Source: Microthrixaceae bacterium (lineage in GTDB: Bacteria; Actinomycetota; Acidimicrobiia; Acidimicrobiales; Microtrichaceae). Taken from it: 12,426 nucleotides of DNA. The first letter of the stretch is position 1; every line of letters starts with the position of its first letter. Positions 6,829 to 12,426 of this stretch are shown here, one piece after another. The stretch spans positions 1 through 12,426 of the forward strand of contig DATEEV010000153.1 of NCBI GenBank assembly GCA_035281005.1. Reading direction: 5' to 3'. A model generated the notes under the pieces. The model was not told where the DNA came from. It did not search any database and saw nothing but the letters and a program-made list of their open reading frames with translations. Both the position numbers and the translations under genes were made by a program.

Positions 6829-7407
6829 TCACTTTCCTCTCTCGACGGAGTGCTGAACAGAACGCAGCTGGAACGCCGTCACGATCTCGGTGATGCCCCG
6901 CATCACGGCGCCGATCCCCACCCACAACACGAGGAGCCACGATGAGCGGCCCGGATAGCCGAGGGCCCAGAGGCCGATGGCGATCTGAGCGATCCCGGCC
7001 GCGAGCAGCAGGCCCCAGAGGTCGAGCTCGTGGCGCGCCGCGATACTGAAGATCACATCGAAGATCCCCTTGAAGAGGAGGTACCACCCGATGAGGAGCG
7101 CCAGGATTCCGAACGTCTGGAACGGGCTCAGGAGCGCCGCGATGCCGGCGACGAGGAACAGGATGCCGAGCAGCGCGTGAAGCCATCGCCAACCCTCGAG
7201 CATCGCCGTGACCATGAACTCGTTGATCCCGGCCGCGATCAGCACGAAGCCCAGCATGTAGCCGATCGTCGCGGCGGAGGTCGGGTCGAATCCCAGGACC
7301 AGGAACGAGATCACGATCCATGCGATCCCGGTGAGCAGGAACAGCCACCAGGCCGGCGAGGTGTCGCGTTCCGCCTCCCTGATGTCCGCGTCGGTGACAA
7401 CGCTCAT
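6829..7407 (-). CDS. hdeD: HdeD-family (DUF308) acid-resistance-type integral membrane protein, 192 aa, about 6 TM segments (WWLFLLTGIAWIVISFLVLGF...).
   Basis: ATG at 7407 has a strong AAGGAGGAAACG RBS. The hydrophobic periodicity and the N-terminal WWL motif are typical of HdeD/DUF308. It is the first gene of a four-gene minus-strand cluster. Confidence 0.85.
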   Translation of the reverse strand: MSVVTDADIREAERDTSPAWWLFLLTGIAWIVISFLVLGFDPTSAATIGYMLGFVLIAAGINEFMVTAMLEGWRWLHALLGILFLVAGIAALLSPFQTFGILALLIGWYLLFKGIFDVIFSIAARHELDLWGLLLAAGIAQIAIGLWALGYPGRSSWLLVLWVGIGAVMRGITEIVTAFQLRSVQHSVERGK

Positions 7408-7517
7408 CGTTTCCTCCTTGTCGGCGGCGGCGGACGCCGCTCGTTCAGCTTGTCCAAAGCGTCAGACACCGTAGATCGGGGCGCATGGTCCCCGGCGGAT
7501 GATCGGACGAACTTCTG

Positions 7518-8438
7518 GTGAAGGTCTTCCTGCTCGGTGGCACCGGAGCGATCGGCCGTCCGGCGGTCGACGCGCTGGTCGCTGCGGGTCACGACGTGAG
7601 TGCGTTGGCCCGAAGCCCGGAACGAGCGCGCACGCTGCGCGCGTTCGGCGCGCGTCCGGTCGAGATCTCGATGTTCGATCTGCCCGCGCTCACCCAGGCC
7701 TTCGTCGGTCACGACGCGGTGGTGAACCTCGCCTCGGCGATGCCGTCGACCGTCCAGTTCGTGCGGCTCGGCGCATGGCGTGACACTCAGCGAATCCGCA
7801 CGGTCGGCTCCGCGCTCGTCGTCGACGCCGCCCTGGCGTCGGACGTGTCGATGCTCGTGCAGGAATCGGTGGCGATGCTGTATGCAGACAAGGGCGACTC
7901 ATGGATCGACGAGCACGCCGCGGTCGATCGGTATCCCATGGCACAGGGGAACCACGCCGCCGAGGCGAGTGCCGAGCGGTTCACCAGCGCCGGTCGAACT
8001 GGGATCGTCCTACGCTTCGGGCTCTTCTACGGACCCGGGGCTCGCCACAGCGAGCAGTTCCTCGCCATGGCCCGGCTCGGTGTGGTGCCCGTCCTCGGTC
8101 ATCCGAGCGGATATCTGTCGTCGATCCACGTTGCTGACGGCGGACGAGCCGTCCCCGCGGTGCTGAGTGCCGCCGCCGGTGTGTACAACGTCGTCGACGA
8201 CGAACCGCTCACGAAGCGCTCCTATGCCGACGCGCTGGCACACGGCGCAGGTCGTCGTCCGTGGCTCCGGGCTCCCGGACGCCTGGCGCAGTTGCTCGGA
8301 CATCGCACGACGTCACTCACCAGATCGATCCGGGTGACCAACGCCAAGCTCACCGCAGCGACCGGATGGGCCCCGGAGTTCCCCAGTGCCCGAGAGGGCT
8401 GGCTGGCGACCGCGACCGCGCTCCAGCGCGGGCGATGA
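7518..8438 (+). CDS. NAD(P)H-binding protein of the atypical SDR / NmrA-like / NAD-dependent epimerase-dehydratase family (N-terminal MKVFLLGGTGAIGRPAVDALVAAGHDV Rossmann motif).
   Basis: GTG at 7518, with GGACGA 7 nt upstream. The GxxGxxG Rossmann fingerprint is at the N-terminus. The gene is 306 aa and divergent from the hdeD-like cluster. Confidence 0.8.
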   Translation: MKVFLLGGTGAIGRPAVDALVAAGHDVSALARSPERARTLRAFGARPVEISMFDLPALTQAFVGHDAVVNLASAMPSTVQFVRLGAWRDTQRIRTVGSALVVDAALASDVSMLVQESVAMLYADKGDSWIDEHAAVDRYPMAQGNHAAEASAERFTSAGRTGIVLRFGLFYGPGARHSEQFLAMARLGVVPVLGHPSGYLSSIHVADGGRAVPAVLSAAAGVYNVVDDEPLTKRSYADALAHGAGRRPWLRAPGRLAQLLGHRTTSLTRSIRVTNAKLTAATGWAPEFPSAREGWLATATALQRGR

Positions 8439-8455
8439 CGGTGGCGGCCTGACCT

Positions 8456-10483
8456 CTAACCGTTCGGGCCCGGGATCGGCTCGTCGCCCGTGGGGTCGGA
8501 GTCGACAGCGTTCGCCTCGACGGGTTCGGTGCCACCGGGCTCGGCCCCACCGGCTGATGGGCCGTCGGACCCGTTGACACCGCCGTTGGAGAGGTTGCGC
8601 ATGAGCAACGCGCCGAGGCCACCGAGCACGCCGCCGTCGCCGCCGACCTGGATGTCGGGGACGATCTTCACGTTGCCGGCGCCGATCTCGCGCAGCGCCG
8701 CGACGAGCGCGGTCTGGTCCGAACCGATGGCCTCGCGCTGGGCGTCGAAGCCCTTCGCCCGGGCGAGGCCGAGGGCCTCCTCGGCCGAGGCGTTGGCGTT
8801 GCCGATGTCGCGGGTTCGCGAGGCTTCCGCCGCGCCGGTGACGGTGATGACCGCGGCCTCGCCGTCGGCACGGGCTCGGGCGGCCTCGGCGCGGGACTTC
8901 TCGATGTCGATCGAGACGTTCGCCTGGGCGAGCTGCGACTGCATGTCGGCCACGCCGCGCTGCTGCTCGAGGCTGACGCGGGCTTCCTGGGCCGAGCGCT
9001 GCTGGGCGAAGGTCGTCTTCTCCTGGGCCGCGATCTCACGGCTGGTCAGCACCTCGACGAGATCGACCGGGAACACCACGTCCTGGATGTACACACCGCG
9101 GGTCTCGACCTCGTAACGCGACAGGTACTGCTGGATGTAGCCCTCGGCCGCGTGCTGGACCTCGTCGCGCTTCTCGATGAACTCGGTCGCGCCGAGGGTC
9201 TGCAACTTGTTGCGGATGTAGTTGCCGACTGCCGACTGCAGCACCTCGTTGACGAGGTTCTGCATGGTGCCGACCATGCTGATGACCTTCGGGGCGCGGG
9301 TGTCGGGCACGTGGATCTGCACCTGCAGGTCGATGCTGAACGTGAACGCCTCCTTCGACTTGGCGTCGATCGGGGCGAGGCGCTCGTCGAGGCTGTGGGC
9401 CTCGCTCGTGGCATGCGACCAATTGAGGGTGAGGATCGAGGTCGGCACGATCTCGGCCTCGTAGATGCGCGGGTTGAGCGTGTACTTGCCGGTACGCAGC
9501 GGCTCGGACCAGATGCCCTGGTGGCCAGGTTTCACGATCGAGCCGAACTTGAACTCGGCGCCGGAGGTGTCCTCGGTGGGCAGGCCGACGTAGCTCTTGA
9601 TGACGGCCACCTCACCCTGGCGAACGACGAGCATCTCGCGCAGCTCGACCTTCACCAGGAACGGATTGAGCAGGTACGAGCCGTAGAGGAGGGGATCGTG
9701 CTGGAGGCCGATGCACCCGCCGTTCTCGAGGAACTTCTGGTAGTCCTGATAGTTGTCGTGCAGGTGGTTCTTCGACTTCAGGACCGCCTGGATCACCTGG
9801 CTGGCGGTGCCGGTCGCGCCCTCCATCTGGGTGACGTCGGTGAAGCCGCCGATGCGGCTGGCGATGTCGCCCGAGGGCGGGCCCTCGAGCGTGGTGACGA
9901 CGCCGACGAGGTCGCGGTCGCCCTGGGGTGTGATGTGGGTGACCATCAGCACCGACGGCTCGACCTGGCCGACGGCGGCGAGGGTGGTGTCGGAGATGAC
10001 CTTGCCGAAGACCTCGGCACTGGTGATGACGATGAAGCCGACCGGGTGGATCGGTGCGGTGGTGCCCGGCGGCAGGACGGGACGTTGGACGCCGCGCTGG
10101 CCGGCTTTGGAGAGGAACATTCGCAGATCGGCGAAGCTGCCGTAGTCGGGCAGGTACACGGCGGACTTGGCGCCCGTCGGGAGCGCCTCGCCGACCTGGG
10201 CGATGACGAGACCGATGTGGTCGGGCGGGACCTGGACCCAGGGGTATCGCTCGACCTTGAAGATCGGCCAGAGCTTGAAGCGCAGGCCGGGCATGAGCAG
10301 GTCGGCCTGGAAGCCGGCCTCGCCGTTCAACGCGACGAGCTGGTCGTCCTCGAGCTTGCGGCCGATCCGCTTGGTGACCAGACCGACCTGCGCCGGTCCC
10401 ACCGAGTGGAAGCTGTTGATCACCGGCAGGAGGATGAAGATGAACACCGCCACTGCGATGATCACCACGAGGAACACTCCCAT
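8456..10483 (-). CDS. Flotillin-family SPFH/band-7 membrane protein. It has an N-terminal TM helix, an SPFH domain, a long Ala/Glu/Gln/Arg-rich coiled-coil 'flotillin' region, and a C-terminal Gly/Pro/Asp-rich low-complexity tail.
   Basis: The ORF is open to 10528. The likely start is ATG 10483 (MGVFLVVIIAVAVFIFILLP...), with GAGAGG upstream. ATGs at 10528 and 10513 are alternatives. The SPFH core and EA-rich repeats (AQEKTTFAQQRSAQEARVSLEQQRGVADMQSQLAQANVSIDIEKSRAEAARARADGEAA) are characteristic. The 678-aa antisense ORF 9152-11188 is a shadow. Confidence 0.85.
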   Translation of the reverse strand: MGVFLVVIIAVAVFIFILLPVINSFHSVGPAQVGLVTKRIGRKLEDDQLVALNGEAGFQADLLMPGLRFKLWPIFKVERYPWVQVPPDHIGLVIAQVGEALPTGAKSAVYLPDYGSFADLRMFLSKAGQRGVQRPVLPPGTTAPIHPVGFIVITSAEVFGKVISDTTLAAVGQVEPSVLMVTHITPQGDRDLVGVVTTLEGPPSGDIASRIGGFTDVTQMEGATGTASQVIQAVLKSKNHLHDNYQDYQKFLENGGCIGLQHDPLLYGSYLLNPFLVKVELREMLVVRQGEVAVIKSYVGLPTEDTSGAEFKFGSIVKPGHQGIWSEPLRTGKYTLNPRIYEAEIVPTSILTLNWSHATSEAHSLDERLAPIDAKSKEAFTFSIDLQVQIHVPDTRAPKVISMVGTMQNLVNEVLQSAVGNYIRNKLQTLGATEFIEKRDEVQHAAEGYIQQYLSRYEVETRGVYIQDVVFPVDLVEVLTSREIAAQEKTTFAQQRSAQEARVSLEQQRGVADMQSQLAQANVSIDIEKSRAEAARARADGEAAVITVTGAAEASRTRDIGNANASAEEALGLARAKGFDAQREAIGSDQTALVAALREIGAGNVKIVPDIQVGGDGGVLGGLGALLMRNLSNGGVNGSDGPSAGGAEPGGTEPVEANAVDSDPTGDEPIPGPNG

Positions 10484-10555
10484 GAGCCCTGCCTCTCGCG
10501 GGCCGCACCCCATGCAGCCCTTCGTCACTGCCGAGGCTACGGCGGTGGAGCCGAT

Positions 10556-11299
10556 TCAGGACGCGAAGACGTCCTCGGTGCCGATCAGGGCGTAGCCGAG
10601 GTGGAGCCGGCCGGTCGTGACGCGGCCATCCACCTCGACGTCGACGCGTGCGGCGGGATAGACGACCGGTTCGAAGGAGCCGTCGGGCAGCACGGAACCG
10701 ACCCGGACGAGCTCGTGGCTTCCCAGGCGCTCGGTCCGCCAGACCGACTCGTCGTAGTCGGCGGTGACGAAGAGACCGCCCTCGGGGTTGAAGACGTCGT
10801 CGATGACGCGGAGCAGGGCGGGCTCGTCGGTGAGCCGGGACACGAGCTCTCGTGCGCAGTTGCTCGCCTCGCGGCCGCGGGTGAGCGCCGTGCGTGCCTG
10901 GTCGGGCCGAAACAGCCCGAACGTGATCTCGTCGCCGGCCGGGACCAATCGCAGATCGAGGCGGCGCTCGGCGCGGGCATCGGTGGCCGCGACGCGCCAC
11001 CGCTCGACGCGGCGAACATGGTCGAGGCGGGCGGCGTGCTCATCGGCGAGGTAGGAGCGGAGCTCGGCATCGCCGAAGGCGCGCTCGATGACCTCCCACT
11101 GTCGCTCGGGTGGCAGCAGGTCGAACACGGCGCGGACCACGCGGGCCCGCTCCTCCCGAGGGACTGCTTCGATGGCCTCCACCAGTGAGGCGGCGTCGGC
11201 CCGGTCATCGGCCGCGACGCGGGCTACCTCGGCGTGGATGCGCTTCGCGAGCTCGAGATAGGGCCCGAGGTCCTCGACCTCACCTGGCGTTGGTGCCAC
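10556..11299 (-). CDS. Hypothetical soluble protein, about 247 aa, immediately upstream of the flotillin gene (27-nt gap). I recognise no family, and it is not NfeD-like (no TM or OB-fold signature seen).
   Basis: The ORF is open to 11716, but the first roughly 140 codons are His/Asp-rich (DDHDDDQEP...). That is the antisense shadow of the Val-rich membrane gene on the + strand. The protein-like sequence begins near GTG 11299 (VAPTPGEVEDLGPYLELAKRIHAEV...). The start is uncertain because no good RBS is visible. Confidence 0.45.
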   Translation of the reverse strand: MAPTPGEVEDLGPYLELAKRIHAEVARVAADDRADAASLVEAIEAVPREERARVVRAVFDLLPPERQWEVIERAFGDAELRSYLADEHAARLDHVRRVERWRVAATDARAERRLDLRLVPAGDEITFGLFRPDQARTALTRGREASNCARELVSRLTDEPALLRVIDDVFNPEGGLFVTADYDESVWRTERLGSHELVRVGSVLPDGSFEPVVYPAARVDVEVDGRVTTGRLHLGYALIGTEDVFAS

Positions 11300-11344
11300 G
11301 CGGTCGAGGATACGGCTCGGGTTCCGCGGGCGCGGTCGGCCAGA

Positions 11345-11824
11345 ATGTCGTCGGTGGCCAAGACGGTGGTGGGACCCGACGGCCTCGAGTGGAAGGTGCG
11401 GCGCCGCTGGGTCCCGCGCCCGGGCACCGAGACGCTCTGGGGGCGGTTCCACCGCCGATTTCGGGCCGCCTTCCGACGAATGTCCGACCTCGACCCCGGC
11501 GTCGACCCGGGATGCAGCGTCGACGTCGGCGAGGGGTTCCTGGTCGTCATCGTGGTCGTCGTGGTGGTGTTGCTCGCGATCTACATCGGGTTCCCGTTGA
11601 TCATCGCCCTCGTCGAGGTCGTCGGACTGATCGTGTTGTTGATCGGCGGCGTCGTGGCGCGCGTCGTGTTCCGCCGCCCCTGGCTCGTGGACGCGCACGG
11701 TCCGGATGGCCTCCACCTGACCTGGCCGGTCGTCGGATGGCGCGCGAGCGGCCGGCGGCGCGACGAGATCGTGGCCGAGCTCGAGGCGGGGGCGATTCCA
11801 CAGGGCGGATCGAGCTCCACCTGA
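11345..11824 (+). CDS. Small membrane protein. A basic N-terminal region (LEWKVRRRWVPRPG) is followed by two strongly hydrophobic poly-Val/Ile/Leu TM helices and a short charged C-terminus.
   Basis: The frame is open from 11234. Codon-usage details (rare ATA/AGA before 11345) and the competing minus-strand gene favour a start at ATG 11345. GTG 11354 and ATG 11480 are alternatives. G/C third-position bias is strong from 11345 on. Confidence 0.5.
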   Translation: MSSVAKTVVGPDGLEWKVRRRWVPRPGTETLWGRFHRRFRAAFRRMSDLDPGVDPGCSVDVGEGFLVVIVVVVVVLLAIYIGFPLIIALVEVVGLIVLLIGGVVARVVFRRPWLVDAHGPDGLHLTWPVVGWRASGRRRDEIVAELEAGAIPQGGSSST

Positions 11825-11991
11825 GCCAGGCCGATTCGGGGCGCAGCAGAGCCGTGCCGGCGGTCAGGCGATGAGGAGTCGGCCGACGAGCATGTCGGCG
11901 GCCCAGTGGGTGAGGCGTTCGCCGCCCGCGGTGGGGCGTGCAGCGTCGGGGTCGATCGAGATGACGGGGGCGAGGTGGTCGGGTGGGGCGT

Positions 11992-12018
11992 GCACGTCGG
12001 GCACGCCCCAGCGTTTGG
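11992..12018. terminator. GC-rich hairpin with a 10-bp stem and 7-nt loop (tGGGGCGTGC-acgtcgg-GCACGCCCCa). It lies 30 nt downstream of the ADH stop on the minus strand and about 170 nt downstream of the + strand membrane-protein gene.
   Basis: The perfect inverted repeat was read directly. Only a weak T-tract (gcgTTTgg) follows on the + strand. Confidence 0.3.
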
Positions 12019-12047
12019 AGTGAGGGCCGGACCCGGCCGCCAGGACG

Positions 12048-12426
12048 CTACGGCTTGACGAGGATCTTGCAGTGCTCGTCGGGGTTGGCGAGCGCCTCGA
12101 ACGCGGACGGCATCTCGTCGAGGGACACCTCGGCGGTGATCATCGGCGTCACGTCGATCTCACCCTCCGCGATGTGGCGGAGCGTGTCGGCGAACTCCAT
12201 CGGGTCGTAGCCGAGCACGAACTGAACGCTCAGCTCCTTGCTGATCCCGAACAACGGATGGATCGAGTCGGTCTGCATGCACACGCCGACAACGACCAGC
12301 CGAGCCCGCGCCGGCGCGGACCGCATCGCGTCGTCGATGATCCCCGGCACGCCGATCGCCTCGAACACGACCAGGTCACGCGTGCCCCCCAACCGACGCC
12401 AGGCGTCGAACGCCGGCTCGTCACGA
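12048..12426 (-). CDS. Zinc-dependent alcohol dehydrogenase (MDR superfamily), C-terminal part only. The gene continues beyond the window end.
   Basis: The C-terminal MDR signature is DLVVFEAIGVPGIIDDAMRS...RLVVVGV...KELSVQFVLGYDPMEFADTLRHIAEGEIDVTPMITAEVSLDEMPSAFEALANPDEHCKILVKP. The frame stays open upstream of the annotated TTG at 12392 to nt 12426, so the gene is 5'-truncated by the window. Confidence 0.8.
   Translation of the reverse strand, partial: RDEPAFDAWRRLGGTRDLVVFEAIGVPGIIDDAMRSAPARARLVVVGVCMQTDSIHPLFGISKELSVQFVLGYDPMEFADTLRHIAEGEIDVTPMITAEVSLDEMPSAFEALANPDEHCKILVKP

Noticed and set aside
9612-11000. 462-aa minus-strand ORF in another frame over the flotillin N-terminus
   Set aside because: It is extremely Arg/Pro/Gly-rich (RRRLQPRGRSLRHRR...), the wrong-frame artefact of GC-rich coding DNA.
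9152-11188. 678-aa + strand ORF spanning the flotillin and upstream gene
   Set aside because: Its composition is low-complexity (D/G/A/L/V/E runs such as DLGDDETDVVGRDLD). It is antisense to a clearly recognisable SPFH/flotillin sequence, and it crosses the intergenic gap of the minus-strand genes.
11300-11716. His/Asp-rich N-terminal extension (DDHDDDQEP..., DEGDDQREPDVDREQHHH) of ORF 10556-11716
   Set aside because: It is the antisense image of GTC/GTG-rich codons of the + strand poly-Val membrane gene. It is not a metal-binding domain.
1-12426. Mobile elements, CRISPR arrays, tRNA/rRNA genes
   Set aside because: I saw no transposase, integrase or recombinase-like ORFs, no regularly spaced repeat-spacer structure, and no cloverleaf-compatible tRNA-like segments. 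The only repeat array (4302-4371) has 14-bp units with no spacers and is not CRISPR-like.

Overview
This is a high-GC (about 70%) window with strong G/C bias at codon third positions, so it is most likely actinobacterial chromosome. I saw no rRNA, tRNA, CRISPR array or obvious transposase/integrase. Nearly every long ORF has an equally long antisense 'shadow' ORF, so I chose between them on protein composition, motifs, RBS placement and start/stop coupling. On that basis I call 13 protein genes: 5'-partial hypothetical (+, 1-939) and bicupin (+, 939-1832), joined by an ATGA overlap; LIP-family secreted lipase lipoprotein (-, 1848-3704, GHSQGG serine motif); NADPH-dependent FMN reductase (-, 3785-4297, GTG start); an in-frame 'core-less' remnant of a low-affinity iron permease (+, 4433-4699), joined by an ATGA overlap to a SnoaL-like/DinB_2 fusion protein (+, 4696-5619); a tightly packed minus-strand four-gene cluster (hdeD-like membrane protein, acidic two-Cys lipoprotein, GPID/VLIEFPG-motif conserved hypothetical, SHOCT-domain protein; 7407->5623); NAD(P)H-binding SDR/NmrA-like protein (+, 7518-8438); a 675-690 aa flotillin/SPFH protein with a Gly/Pro-rich acidic tail (-, 8456-10483), preceded by an unrecognised soluble protein (-, 10556-~11299); a small poly-Val membrane protein (+, ~11345-11824); and the 3' end of a Zn-dependent MDR alcohol dehydrogenase that runs off the window (-, 12048-12426). 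The most unusual non-coding element is a perfectly phased 5 x 14-bp tandem repeat (TCCCTCG every 14 nt, 4302-4371) in the divergent control region between the FMN reductase and the iron-permease remnant. Its first unit is the FMN reductase Shine-Dalgarno sequence. I also note two stacked GC hairpins at a convergent gene junction (5599-5629), one with a UUCG tetraloop, and a 10-bp-stem hairpin just after the ADH stop (11992-12018). The most system-like candidate is the hdeD/acidic-lipoprotein/GPID-motif/SHOCT cluster, a possible uncharacterised envelope-stress module. All family assignments are from motif recognition by eye, not from searches.
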